From an uncultured Thiomicrospira sp. (GTDB lineage: Bacteria; Pseudomonadota; Gammaproteobacteria; CAKMZV01): a stretch of DNA of 64,000 nt. The stretch covers positions 1,728,001-1,792,000 of the forward strand of contig OZ239628.1 in the NCBI GenBank assembly GCA_965195345.1. The letters are read 5' to 3'. A program made the position numbers and the translations under genes. The notes under the pieces were generated by a model, which worked only from the letters and a program-made list of their open reading frames with translations, ran no database searches and was not told the DNA's origin. Shown here piece by piece: positions 41,341 through 51,659 of the stretch; the first letter of the stretch is position 1, and each line of letters starts with the position of its first letter.

Positions 41341-42378
41341 CTAATGTTGGTGAGTCTTATTCAGACGCGCCAATGATGCTTTACTGACACGATCTAAAAT
41401 AACGGCCAAAAGAACGATCGCCAAACCTGAAACCAGCCCAACACCCAATTCAAGATTACGAATACCGCGTAATACAAGCACGCCCAATCCTGGAGCAGAC
41501 ACCAATGAAGCAATAACAACCATTGCCAGAGACATCATAATCGTTTGGTTAACACCCGCCATAATATTAGGCAGAGCAAGGGGTATTTCTACTCCAAATA
41601 ATTTTTGCCTGTCCGTCATACCAAATGCACTTGCGGCTTCAATAACATCCTTATCCACCAAACGAATACCTAAATCAGTCAAACGCACAACAGGCACAAT
41701 AGCATACAAAATTATCGCAATACCATATAACTTAGATTCTGTCACACTGAATAGAAAAATAAGGGGAATAAGATATACAAATGGAGGCAAAGTTTGCAAC
41801 ATATCAAGCACAGGTATCATGCCACGTTGAAAGCGATCGCGTTTGGACATGGCTATCCCCAAAGGCACTCCTAATAAAACACTTATAATCGTACAAACAA
41901 ATATCACTGATAGCGTTTGAATGGCATAAGTATAGTGATCAATAAAAGCCATTAAACCGAAAGAAATGGCAACAAGTAATACTACCCCACTTGATTTTGA
42001 CACTGCGCGCACTAACCATAAAATTAAAGGAATCATCACCCACCAAGGAATCGTGGTAAATAGGTATAACGTTCCATCAAGCATCCAACTCAATGGTTGA
42101 GTGATTGGATCCAGCACAATTTTGAGGACTTCTTTCACATCCAAAAATACATTCTCAATGCCTGCTGTTAAATCACGTGTTTGTGGAATGGACTTACAAG
42201 ATTTATATAGATTATCCAATGATGGAAAAGGAATGTCGTGCCACGGAGTATCCAGAGCTTCTTTTCCTTTAGAACGTGCGAGTAATTGCGACAAGGAGAG
42301 CAAGCTTTCACCATTATCACTGCCATCACACCAAGTGCGCAAACCCAACATATCAAACATTTTTGTATAAAAGCTCAT
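41341..42378 (-). CDS. Glycine betaine/proline-type ABC transporter permease (ProW-like)
   Basis: LDMLQTLPPFVYLIP, IMAGVNQTIMMSLAMVVIAS. Confidence 0.92.
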   Translation of the reverse strand: MSFYTKMFDMLGLRTWCDGSDNGESLLSLSQLLARSKGKEALDTPWHDIPFPSLDNLYKSCKSIPQTRDLTAGIENVFLDVKEVLKIVLDPITQPLSWMLDGTLYLFTTIPWWVMIPLILWLVRAVSKSSGVVLLVAISFGLMAFIDHYTYAIQTLSVIFVCTIISVLLGVPLGIAMSKRDRFQRGMIPVLDMLQTLPPFVYLIPLIFLFSVTESKLYGIAIILYAIVPVVRLTDLGIRLVDKDVIEAASAFGMTDRQKLFGVEIPLALPNIMAGVNQTIMMSLAMVVIASLVSAPGLGVLVLRGIRNLELGVGLVSGLAIVLLAVILDRVSKASLARLNKTHQH

Positions 42379-42451
42379 AACGTTTCCTTTTGTCTAAAAT
42401 CATCCATACCAATTGTAAAATTGTCTATTTTATATAACTCTAAATTGATGG

Positions 42452-42470
42452 TCTGGACGCGAGGTCCAGA
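42452..42470. other. Short hairpin upstream of the permease gene
   Basis: TCTGGAC-GCGAG-GTCCAGA. Confidence 0.4.
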
Positions 42471-42666
42471 AGTATACTCTAAAAATGAGGTGGGGGCAAT
42501 TACGAGCAGCAGGGAAAATGTAATATCATTATCATTTTTAGCATTCTCCTCATGGTTTCCTTCTCCCAGCATTAAACAACCAGCAAACAAGATTTAATAT
42601 ATATTCACAATGCATTTTTGGGTACTTTCTCCTCAATTAGTAATAACCTGTAACCTAAAAAACTGA

Positions 42667-43293
42667 TCAAATAGATTGACTCATCGCGAGGAAGATGCCA
42701 GCTGCCATTAAAACCGTACCACTAGCACGATTAAAAATCATCTGCCCTTTTTCCGACTGAGTTAGAAACTGAAACTGCACTCCAGATAAAGCATAAAATG
42801 ATATAGTACAAAATTCGGCGACTAAAAAAGTACTTCCTAAAACAGTAAATTGCGCCGAAACGGGCTCTCCTTGAACCAAGAATTGAGGAAGTATGGCGGT
42901 GAAAATTAAAATAGCCTTAGGATTGCCAATTGCTATGAAGAATTCTTGCTGCACCAATACCATTATTTTAGGTTTTCTTTTCATACTATTTTCAACAGTC
43001 AACTCAAGCACTTTTGCATACCACATTCGTATCCCAAGATATACCAAATAGAGTACCCCAAGCCATTTAATTATCAAAAATGCTAATTCTGAGGATGCTA
43101 ATAAAGCACCTATTCCTACGGCCGTTAATACGATAAGTATAGTGAATGCAAATAATCTACCTAAACCAGCTAACACTGCAATACCCAATCCATAGCAAAC
43201 ACCATTTCTTAGCGAAAGGAAATTATTCGGACCAGGAGATAAACTCATAGCAATACAAGCAGGCAGGAACACCAGCCACTGTTCAAAGCCCAT
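42667..43293 (-). CDS. LysE/RhtB family translocator
   Basis: LSPGPN, LGVLYLVYLG, NPKAILIF. Confidence 0.92.
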   Translation of the reverse strand: MGFEQWLVFLPACIAMSLSPGPNNFLSLRNGVCYGLGIAVLAGLGRLFAFTILIVLTAVGIGALLASSELAFLIIKWLGVLYLVYLGIRMWYAKVLELTVENSMKRKPKIMVLVQQEFFIAIGNPKAILIFTAILPQFLVQGEPVSAQFTVLGSTFLVAEFCTISFYALSGVQFQFLTQSEKGQMIFNRASGTVLMAAGIFLAMSQSI

Positions 43294-43319
43294 ATGATTA
43301 AATACTCTCGTTATTTCAG

Positions 43320-44027
43320 TTAAATCAACAAGTCTTCTATATCGACTAGATCAGAAGACTCCCCAGCATCTTTCATCGAATTCTCGCTTTCAGGTACAAG
43401 CATGCGTTTTGAGAAACGACATAAACTGAGCCACTTACCCCTTTCAATCTCAATGCCATTTGCCAAAGCAGCGTGGTATCGCTCACTAAAATCTGCATTC
43501 GACAGTAATAGACTCTTATTATCATCCCGTTCGAATTCAAAAAGAACAGAATGCCCTTTAACACTGCTTTCAAACAAATCGAAATAAGATTGTCCAGCAC
43601 AAAATCGAGCGGTTCTTTGCATTCCTTGACATATCCATTTCAAACACATATTGTCAGGAGCATTTTTTTGCAGATATGGAAGAAGGAATGGAACATCGCG
43701 CACATTAACAAGTTCAGTTTCAAATCCATTGCTCCAATTTTCCAATAAACTAAGCGCCCACACTTCTCCACCAAGAGAACAAGAAATATGATTGCAATCA
43801 ATCGTTATTTTTTTCGCACTTTCATCTACAACAGTTGTGTGCAACTTCGAGGGTGACTTATCCATCAAAGAAAGAATGGTATCCATCGCATTAAAACCCA
43901 AAGCACTCAATATAGGAGCTGCACGAGCAGCACTGCGCGCATAAGCTATTTTATAACCACTGCCATACAATGCCTTTTCGACTGCCATTTCAATTTCATT
44001 AAAAGAGATTCTCATTGAATGCACCAT
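43320..44027 (-). CDS. DUF3726-like hypothetical protein
   Basis: N-terminal ISFNEIE..KALYGSG and C-terminal LVPESENS..AG patterns. Confidence 0.55.
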   Translation of the reverse strand: MVHSMRISFNEIEMAVEKALYGSGYKIAYARSAARAAPILSALGFNAMDTILSLMDKSPSKLHTTVVDESAKKITIDCNHISCSLGGEVWALSLLENWSNGFETELVNVRDVPFLLPYLQKNAPDNMCLKWICQGMQRTARFCAGQSYFDLFESSVKGHSVLFEFERDDNKSLLLSNADFSERYHAALANGIEIERGKWLSLCRFSKRMLVPESENSMKDAGESSDLVDIEDLLI

Positions 44028-44051
44028 CGTATTAATCTGTTAGTCATTGCA

Positions 44052-45764
44052 TTATGATTGCGTCAATGAATCGTCAAATGCATACAAAAACCAATCATCT
44101 ACTCCATTTATCTTCCCTTGTGAATCAACAAGCGGTGCGCCCTGAAATAAAGTAATGCGCAACCATAAATCAGATTTTGGGTCATATTTAACCGCACCAA
44201 AAAAAGACAGTTTTAATCGCAACAAGTCAATTGGATAAAATGATTTGTCAATGATGTTGTACCTTACTTCACCATAAGGATTTTGATCGTAATTCAAAAC
44301 ACGTTTTACAATATCACTTTGTTCAGGGCAATCCAATAAAAAACGTGATAGCGTAGCTTTCTGATTCGTTGGCATCAATAACCATTGGTTTAAGCAATCG
44401 TATAGTTTATGTACTTTGAACCCTATATCAATAGGAAGCTCTTTTTCAGAACCTGCTTCTACTTTCCTCTTTCCCCGACGAGGCTCTTCTTTTGTTTGCG
44501 ATTGATACCAAAAAAAGTAATCGGCGTTGGGTGAAGAAAAATCAACGGCTAACACCCATGAATAGTTCTTATGTATTTTTTCGAGCAATTCCAATGCAGT
44601 AACATCGACCATATTGTTAATCGACGATTCATGCGCAGAAAGTCGCAAATATCGATCATATTTTCCTACGACCATAGGATACAGTTCCAATAATATATTT
44701 AAAAACAATTCTTCGGTTTCTGCTCCATATTTTTGTTGTTTGATTCCTTCCCAAATGTCTGCCCAGTTGCATTGAATGGGTTCTTTCAATGCATCAATTA
44801 AAAAAGATTCGCATAATGCCAGCTCTTTTATTAGACGTTCATTTTTGCTCATCTGCAATGCATCCGGCACCTTTATTCCTCTAAAGAAAAACTGAGCACG
44901 TTGCACTAAAGCCATACAAGCATTTTTTTCGCTCAAACCCAATTCAGCACTATGCACAATTTCATATAAAGCTTGTTCACGCTGCTTAACCCAACAATTC
45001 ACCACACTAGGATGTTTGATTAAATAAGGCATCATCCCCAAACCCGTTGAATTGCCAATACCAACGTAGCGAGCAATTCGTTCATCTAACGCAATAGCTT
45101 CTCTATTTTGTTGCTTAGCAAGGTACTCCACCCAGTCCAATGTAAACTTACGCACCATGAAAACAAGCATCATTTGAGCAGAGAAATGCTCTGAAAAAAC
45201 CCCTGACTGCAGCTGCTCATAATCTGCCATGCCAAATTTCCCATTTCCATAAACAGCCGTTGTACGAACTAAATAGCCAATCTTTTTCAACTCCTCAATA
45301 CTAGGTGACTGGCCACTTGCTAGACTATCAATGACGTGTTGGAAAATACGTACACTTTTATTGGCACGGGATATACTCAGCACTTTAGGAGAATATCGAC
45401 CTCTTTCTTGTAGAGGCAGCTGCTTTGCTAATTGTGCAATATCACTTTCTTGCAATTGTCCTTGCCACAAACAACAAGTCATATCCCATGCTTCAGCAAT
45501 AACACGATCATTGCGTAACGATGAATCAAGCGCTTGTGTGAAAAACAGCGCTTGGTATATTCCCTCATGCGTATGTATTTTGTAAGTAACATAACCCAAT
45601 CCTTCAGAATCAAGCCGCCATTGATCCGGTTGTATTTCCCATGCTTTAGCAATCATAACCCGTATCAATTTACGAGAAAAACTCATACAAGATGGATGAA
45701 ATGAACCCAAGCGATCTGGATGCATCAATGATTCTGGAAATCTTAAGCACGGAAAATCAATCAT
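44052..45764 (-). CDS. Conserved hypothetical protein associated with a membrane dipeptidase
   Basis: DRVIAEAWD, SRANKSVR, GYLVRTTAVYGNGKFG, GIGNSTGLGM, KEEPRRG, FQGAP. Start moved to ATG 45764 to avoid overlapping the upstream gene. Confidence 0.75.
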   Translation of the reverse strand: MIDFPCLRFPESLMHPDRLGSFHPSCMSFSRKLIRVMIAKAWEIQPDQWRLDSEGLGYVTYKIHTHEGIYQALFFTQALDSSLRNDRVIAEAWDMTCCLWQGQLQESDIAQLAKQLPLQERGRYSPKVLSISRANKSVRIFQHVIDSLASGQSPSIEELKKIGYLVRTTAVYGNGKFGMADYEQLQSGVFSEHFSAQMMLVFMVRKFTLDWVEYLAKQQNREAIALDERIARYVGIGNSTGLGMMPYLIKHPSVVNCWVKQREQALYEIVHSAELGLSEKNACMALVQRAQFFFRGIKVPDALQMSKNERLIKELALCESFLIDALKEPIQCNWADIWEGIKQQKYGAETEELFLNILLELYPMVVGKYDRYLRLSAHESSINNMVDVTALELLEKIHKNYSWVLAVDFSSPNADYFFWYQSQTKEEPRRGKRKVEAGSEKELPIDIGFKVHKLYDCLNQWLLMPTNQKATLSRFLLDCPEQSDIVKRVLNYDQNPYGEVRYNIIDKSFYPIDLLRLKLSFFGAVKYDPKSDLWLRITLFQGAPLVDSQGKINGVDDWFLYAFDDSLTQS

Positions 45765-45802
45765 ATCAAACTTCACAAGATACTTTAAATTATGCAACGC
45801 AC

Positions 45803-46789
45803 TTATTCGCCACTTGGTCGCAATGCCTTTGAGAAATAGCGCAACCAATTCTCTCCCAATACTTTTGCAATATCTGCATCGCAAAAACCACTAAGTCGCA
45901 TCGCAGGAGCAAGCTGTGCGAAATCACTCACTCTTCGAAACCAAGAAGGCTGTTTGGGCCAAACGTTTTGCTTATTAACATCTTCTCCATAATCCGCTTC
46001 TCTCGTCCAATGTCCATTACGCATGTATTCCAATGCTTCAATCGGTCTACCTTGACAAATATCACTGCCTATTCCAATATTCTCGAGTCCAACCATATCT
46101 CCCAATCGTTTCAGCTCATCCATGAGTTCATCCATCGTGCAATCGGATGTGTTTTTTAAATGAAATGGATAAAAACTTAATCCAAACATACCGCCCGATT
46201 CTACTAATTTCTTAATCAAATCATCCGACTTATTTCGCACTGCTTTTTTGAATGTCAAACTGTGCGCATGAGTAATTGATATAGGTCGAGATGAATGCTC
46301 TATTGCCTCATAGGTCGATCGCTCAGAGCTATGCGACATATCAATCACCATACCAACACGATTCATTTCAGCAATAGCAGCACGCCCAAAACGACTAAGC
46401 CCCGTATCTTCCATCTCATAACAACCACAACACAAATGCGACAAATTGTTATAAGACAATTGCATAACGCCAACATTTAAGCGGCGATAAATTTGCAACA
46501 TGTCAATATTATTCTCAATGGAAGAGCAATTTTGAAAACCAAATAAAATCCCAACACGTCCATCTTGCTTCATTTCCAAACCTTCTAATGAACAGGCAGA
46601 ATAGAGCAAATCGGAATTTTGTTCAATAAACCGAAACCAATCACCTATGAATGTTATGGTTTCGTGGATATTCTCCCAAAAAACTACTGTGACATGCACC
46701 ATGTCCAATCCCGCTTGCTGTGCTTCCTCAAAATAAATTCGAGTTGGCTTTGGATACTGCAATGCATCAATATATATTGTTTTGTTCAT
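45803..46789 (-). CDS. Membrane dipeptidase (M19, amidohydrolase fold) family protein
   Basis: IDALQY, GFQN, MQLSYN, MNRVGMVIDMSH, RNKSD, GIGSD, GENWLR. Confidence 0.88.
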   Translation of the reverse strand: MNKTIYIDALQYPKPTRIYFEEAQQAGLDMVHVTVVFWENIHETITFIGDWFRFIEQNSDLLYSACSLEGLEMKQDGRVGILFGFQNCSSIENNIDMLQIYRRLNVGVMQLSYNNLSHLCCGCYEMEDTGLSRFGRAAIAEMNRVGMVIDMSHSSERSTYEAIEHSSRPISITHAHSLTFKKAVRNKSDDLIKKLVESGGMFGLSFYPFHLKNTSDCTMDELMDELKRLGDMVGLENIGIGSDICQGRPIEALEYMRNGHWTREADYGEDVNKQNVWPKQPSWFRRVSDFAQLAPAMRLSGFCDADIAKVLGENWLRYFSKALRPSGE

Positions 46790-47454
46790 ATTAATAAGTA
46801 CTCGTATAAAAACGCAGTATATTGTAATACTGCATCATTGGCCCTTGTGAAATTATTGATATAAGTTATACCATCGATATTAAATTAGTGTATTAGTTGG
46901 ATTCACGGGACAACAATTCCTTCCCCATAAACCTGCATTTCCATAAAAAAATCAACATGATCATCCACACATTTCTAAGCCTGACGGCGATCATCATTGG
47001 TTTTAGATTAATAAAAATATGCTAAAATTAACCTACGGTCTTAGGGGCGTATGGGCGTAGAAACCTGACTTAGAAGCCCTTAATCAATGCGGCTAATAAT
47101 ACAATGCTAATTTAGTGAAACTACGTGATGTCTTTAGTCTTTTAAATTTGCCCCATTCGCTTAATCTTTGCAATTGGTTGACCTATGAACATTATAGTAT
47201 GACAAATGCTGGCATAATGCCAAAAAAAATAACACCAGAAAAATTGTTCGTTATTATCCTAATCAACGTTAATGTGCACGATTATTGAATGAATATTCAA
47301 CCAAGCGGTTTTAATTGGAATAAATTTAACCCTCTGCTTACAACACTTCGATTGGTCAAGCTAACCGACTGAATCTTCCTATATGCCTTTTATTGACACC
47401 ACTCATCACTATTAGAATGAATCAAAACTACTTTAACGAGACAATTACAAGCTA

Positions 47455-49368
47455 ATGTGTGGCATTTTTGGTTGGATTGACAACAGAATTACGTTGCAAC
47501 ACGCGGAACGGATGGTTCACGCCTTGCGGCATCGCGGACCTAATGACAACGGTTGGATGGCTTATAAAGAGGGCGCTTGGCGTGATAACAGAAAAATCAC
47601 CGCACTGGATACTACTGCAGACGTAGTATTAGGCCAAACCAGACTTTCCATTATCGATTTATCCGAGAAAGGTCATCAACCGATGCAAACGGCTGATGCC
47701 CGCTTTGTGCTGACTTTCAATGGCGAAGTTTATAACTACTTAGAACTTAAAAAGGAGCTTAAAAAAGAAGGGTATACTTTCCAAACCGATACGGACACTG
47801 AAGTCGTTTTATACGCTTGGCAAGCTTGGGGAATGAAAGCATTGAAACGCTTTACTGGCATGTTTGCCTTGGCAATTTTTGATAATATGGAACGTACTCT
47901 TACATTAGCACGTGATCCGTTTGGCATCAAGCCTTTGTACTATTGTCAACAGGGAAAAAACCTCTATTTTGCTTCTGAAGTCCCAGCAATGCTCCAATTT
48001 GAAGCCATTCCAAAACATATCAATTGGCAATGGGCAACGGACTATTTATTGCAAGGCGGTTATGATTTAGATTGCAATAGTGCAGTTGATGCAATCAAGC
48101 ATGTATTACCAGCTCAATGTATGGTTATTCCTTTAGCACATCCTGACAAAATAAAAACCCACATCTACTGGCAGCCCCCAATAACAGAAACCAATATCAG
48201 TAAAGAAGATGCCACGGAACAATTAAGTCACCTTCTTAAACAATCTATACAGTTGCACTTACGTAGCGATGTGCCCATTGGCTGTGCTTTGTCTGGCGGC
48301 TTGGATTCGTCTATTATTACTTGTTTGGTGCGCGAACAAATCCCTGATGTACAGTTACATACCTTCAGTTTTATTGCCAAGGGCAGTGAAGCCGATGAGG
48401 AGGAATGGGTTGATGAAGTAGTGAACCATACAGGCGTGCAATCGCACAAAATCATCATCACTCCAGATGACCTCCTTAATGATATGGAACATTTTGTTCG
48501 CGCCCAAGGAGAACCCTGTGGAGGATATGCCATTTATGCTCAGCAACGTATTTTTGCCGCTGCCAAACAACAAGGAATCACCGTTATGCTTGAGGGGCAA
48601 GGCGCTGATGAGTCATGGGCGGGGTATTGGGGATACCCTGAGTATCGAATTCAAAGTTATCTAAAAAAAGGACAGTTCCTATCCGCGTTGAAATTTTTAC
48701 GTTCAGCGGGCGCGTATCCTCAAAGAAGTGTTAAAGGTTTGTTGGCTCGATTAGGACAATATTACATTTCTAAACTACCTCCACCATTATGGAGAATGGC
48801 TCGTAATTTAGGTGGACATTCGCTTCTACTTGAGTGGGCAGACGAAAGTCTATTAAAACAACATAACGTTTCTGTACCTTGGTTATATCCGCTCAAGTTT
48901 CACAGCAAAAGTCAGCTTAAAAATCGAATGGCAACTGAATTGTCGGGTCAAAAACTTGCCTCATTGCTGCGCCATTCTGATCGAGCAGGCATGTATTCAT
49001 CTATTGAAAGTCGAGTACCTTTTTTGCACGTTCCCTTAGTCGAGTTTGCACTATCACTGCCAGAGGATTATCTATTGGGAGGCATGCAGGCGGAACCGAA
49101 GCACCTTCTTAAGCAGGCAACCAAAAAAGTTCTTCCTTCAAAGATTTATGCCCGTAAGGATAAAAATGGCTTTGAAGTTCCTTTCCAATGGCATAAAAGT
49201 ACGGAAGAATGGCGTCGAGAACAATTAGCATATATTCATGAAATCCCTTGGATTAACTCAAAACTCTTTGAGAAAAGCGACGTGCACCTTGATCAAAAGG
49301 CATTATTCCGCTTATGCTTCCTGCTACAATGGCAAAAAGCAAATCGTCTCAACTGGTCTTGTCTATGA
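47455..49368 (+). CDS. asnB: Asparagine synthase-type glutamine amidotransferase (polysaccharide amidation)
   Basis: N-terminal MCGI, HRGP, RLSIIDL, FNGEVYNY, LSGGLDSS, GQGADE, ESRVPFL. Confidence 0.92.
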   Translation: MCGIFGWIDNRITLQHAERMVHALRHRGPNDNGWMAYKEGAWRDNRKITALDTTADVVLGQTRLSIIDLSEKGHQPMQTADARFVLTFNGEVYNYLELKKELKKEGYTFQTDTDTEVVLYAWQAWGMKALKRFTGMFALAIFDNMERTLTLARDPFGIKPLYYCQQGKNLYFASEVPAMLQFEAIPKHINWQWATDYLLQGGYDLDCNSAVDAIKHVLPAQCMVIPLAHPDKIKTHIYWQPPITETNISKEDATEQLSHLLKQSIQLHLRSDVPIGCALSGGLDSSIITCLVREQIPDVQLHTFSFIAKGSEADEEEWVDEVVNHTGVQSHKIIITPDDLLNDMEHFVRAQGEPCGGYAIYAQQRIFAAAKQQGITVMLEGQGADESWAGYWGYPEYRIQSYLKKGQFLSALKFLRSAGAYPQRSVKGLLARLGQYYISKLPPPLWRMARNLGGHSLLLEWADESLLKQHNVSVPWLYPLKFHSKSQLKNRMATELSGQKLASLLRHSDRAGMYSSIESRVPFLHVPLVEFALSLPEDYLLGGMQAEPKHLLKQATKKVLPSKIYARKDKNGFEVPFQWHKSTEEWRREQLAYIHEIPWINSKLFEKSDVHLDQKALFRLCFLLQWQKANRLNWSCL

Positions 49369-50042
49369 CAAGAGCGTTATTTATGAATAATGTTTTCATT
49401 CATTTTATATTTAAAAAAACGTATCTTCTGTTTTTTCCACTACTGAAATTAATAAAGTATCCAAACACTAAAATTGTTACCAACTGGGTACACCCCAGTG
49501 CAAAAATTGCTGAAGGTGTTGTGATTTCCAAAGGTTGCCACATCGGTGCTAATGTTCAAATATTGAACGAAACATTCATCAATTCGGGTACTTCTATTGA
49601 AAAGAATGTAGATACAGTTGGCAAGTTTTGCTCTATAGGGGAGAACGTTAAAATCGGCATAGGGTCACACAGGTATGATTACATATCTACTTCTCCAAAA
49701 CTATTCAAGGATATTCCTTCCGAATCCTTTTTTAATTCACCGAATAAAACAACGATAGGAAATGATGTCTACATCGGTTCTAATGTTGTGATTTTTGCTG
49801 GCGTAAAAATATCAGACGGTGCAGTTGTGGGTGTTGGAAGCCTTGTAACCAAAGACATTCCTGCTTACGCTATAGTTTGTGGCATGCCTGCTCGTATTTT
49901 GCGTTATCGATTTAGTGATGACATCATTAAAAAGCTACAAGCATCTGAATGGTGGAATCTACCTTTGAAAAAATTAGTGAAGATGAGAGAGAATTTACGA
50001 GATCCCAATAAGTTTTTGGATGAACTGGATCATCACTTATAA
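49365..50042 (+). CDS. Hexapeptide-repeat (CatB/Vat-like) O-acetyltransferase
   Basis: IGNDVYIG, VTKDIPAYAIVCGMPARILRYRF, WWN. Start placed at the ATGA overlap with the asnB stop. Confidence 0.85.
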   Translation: MTRALFMNNVFIHFIFKKTYLLFFPLLKLIKYPNTKIVTNWVHPSAKIAEGVVISKGCHIGANVQILNETFINSGTSIEKNVDTVGKFCSIGENVKIGIGSHRYDYISTSPKLFKDIPSESFFNSPNKTTIGNDVYIGSNVVIFAGVKISDGAVVGVGSLVTKDIPAYAIVCGMPARILRYRFSDDIIKKLQASEWWNLPLKKLVKMRENLRDPNKFLDELDHHL

Positions 50043-50136
50043 TGAATATGTTCGGTTCATGAGCAATCTTTTTTAAATTTTTCTGTTCATCATTTTTTGA
50101 CATATGGTGATTTTTTCATACTAACAAGAGTAATAT

Positions 50137-51198
50137 ATGACTTTGAAATTTGCATTATTAGGGTGTGGTCGCATTGCTAAGCGGCACTCTGATTTATTAG
50201 GAAGAAATCAAATCGCAGGCGCTCAATTGGTAGCGGTTTGTGACATTGTGGCTGAAAAAGCAAAGCGGTTAGGAGATGAACTTAAAGTACCTTATTTCAC
50301 TGACATGCATCAAATGATGCAATCGGTGGACATTGATGTGGTCTCTGTTCTAACAGAGAGTGGCAACCATGCTCACCAAGTCATTGCCTTGTCGCAATAC
50401 GGCAAACATATTGTTGTTGAAAAACCAATGGCACTCACCTTAGAAAGTGCAGATGAAATGATTCAAGCCTGTGACCAACAAGGTATTAAATTATTTGTCG
50501 TTAAACAAAATCGCTTCAACGTTCCCGTTGTTAAAACTCGAGAAGCATTGGAAGCAGGTCGACTTGGTAAGTTGATACTTGGAACGGTGCGCGTTCGTTG
50601 GTGTCGACCTCAAAAATATTACGACCAAGATGCTTGGCGTGGAACATGGGCCTTGGATGGTGGGGTATTAACCAATCAAGCAAGCCATCATGTTGATTTG
50701 CTCGCATGGATGTTTGGTGACGTAGAAAGCGTGCATGCTCGCAGCTCAAATGCACTGGCTGATATTGAAGCAGAAGATACTGCCGTAGTTTCTTTACGAT
50801 TTAAAAACGGTGCTTTGGGATTGATTGAAGCAACCACTGCGGTACGCCCTAAAGATTTAGAAGGTTCTCTCTCATTGTTAGGATCAACTGGAACCATAGA
50901 AATTGGTGGGTTTGCAGTTAATGAAATGAAAGTGTGGAACTTTGAGACGCCAATGGATGGAGACAACGAAGTAATGAGTACATTCTCAGTCAACCCTCCA
51001 AATGTATATGGCTTTGGTCATCAAGCTTATTATGAGCATGTCGTAGATTGCATAAAGAATAATAAAAAACAGTTAATTGATGGTTTAGAAGGAAGGCATA
51101 GTTTAGAGCTCATCAACGCCATTTATGAGTCAATTGAGAGTAAACAAGAAGTCTTTTTGAATTTTCAACCCAAACATTGTCGCCTCGGTCAAAAGTAA
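50137..51198 (+). CDS. Gfo/Idh/MocA oxidoreductase (WbpB/WlbA-like nucleotide-sugar 3-dehydrogenase)
   Basis: GCGRIA, VEKPMA, QNRFN, WRGTWALDGGVLTNQASHHVD. Confidence 0.88.
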   Translation: MTLKFALLGCGRIAKRHSDLLGRNQIAGAQLVAVCDIVAEKAKRLGDELKVPYFTDMHQMMQSVDIDVVSVLTESGNHAHQVIALSQYGKHIVVEKPMALTLESADEMIQACDQQGIKLFVVKQNRFNVPVVKTREALEAGRLGKLILGTVRVRWCRPQKYYDQDAWRGTWALDGGVLTNQASHHVDLLAWMFGDVESVHARSSNALADIEAEDTAVVSLRFKNGALGLIEATTAVRPKDLEGSLSLLGSTGTIEIGGFAVNEMKVWNFETPMDGDNEVMSTFSVNPPNVYGFGHQAYYEHVVDCIKNNKKQLIDGLEGRHSLELINAIYESIESKQEVFLNFQPKHCRLGQK

Positions 51199-51659
51199 TA
51201 TTGAATACTTTTAAACAACAGCATGTCGGCATTAGCAACGTTGTTTTTGGGACCGATGTACGTATTGTTGAACCTGTTAATTTGTACGGCTGTCAGCTCG
51301 CTGATAATGTTTTTGTTGGTCCTTTTGTAGAAATACAAAATGATGTTTTTATTGGAAAAAACAGCCGCATTCAATCGCATTCTTTTATATGCTCAAAAGT
51401 GGAAATTGGAAATAACTGTTTCATTGGGCACGGGGTTATGTTCATAAATGATACTTTTTCAAATGGCCAACCAGCAAAAGGAGATACTTCTTTGTGGAAA
51501 GAAACTAATATAGGAAACCGAGTGCATATTGGTAGCAATGCGACAATTCTACCCGTTGACATTTGCGATGATGTTGTAATAGGCGCTGGTGCTGTTGTCA
51601 CCAAATCCATCATCGAAAAAGGCAAATACGTTGGAAATCCAGCCAAAAAAATATCATGA
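51177..51659 (+). CDS. Nucleotide-sugar N-acyltransferase (WbpD/WlbB-like)
   Basis: Hexapeptide repeats, GPFVEIQ, FIND, GAGAVVTK, GNPA. True start may be TTG 51201. Confidence 0.85.
   Translation: MSPRSKVILNTFKQQHVGISNVVFGTDVRIVEPVNLYGCQLADNVFVGPFVEIQNDVFIGKNSRIQSHSFICSKVEIGNNCFIGHGVMFINDTFSNGQPAKGDTSLWKETNIGNRVHIGSNATILPVDICDDVVIGAGAVVTKSIIEKGKYVGNPAKKIS

Noticed and set aside
42375-42590. 71-aa ORF as the missing substrate-binding protein
   Set aside because: Far too short and without ProX/OpuAC features; at most a remnant.
47030-47100. Riboswitch (TPP/SAM-like) upstream of asnB
   Set aside because: Only one short pairing; the conserved aptamer motifs (e.g. TPP GCTGAGA) are absent.
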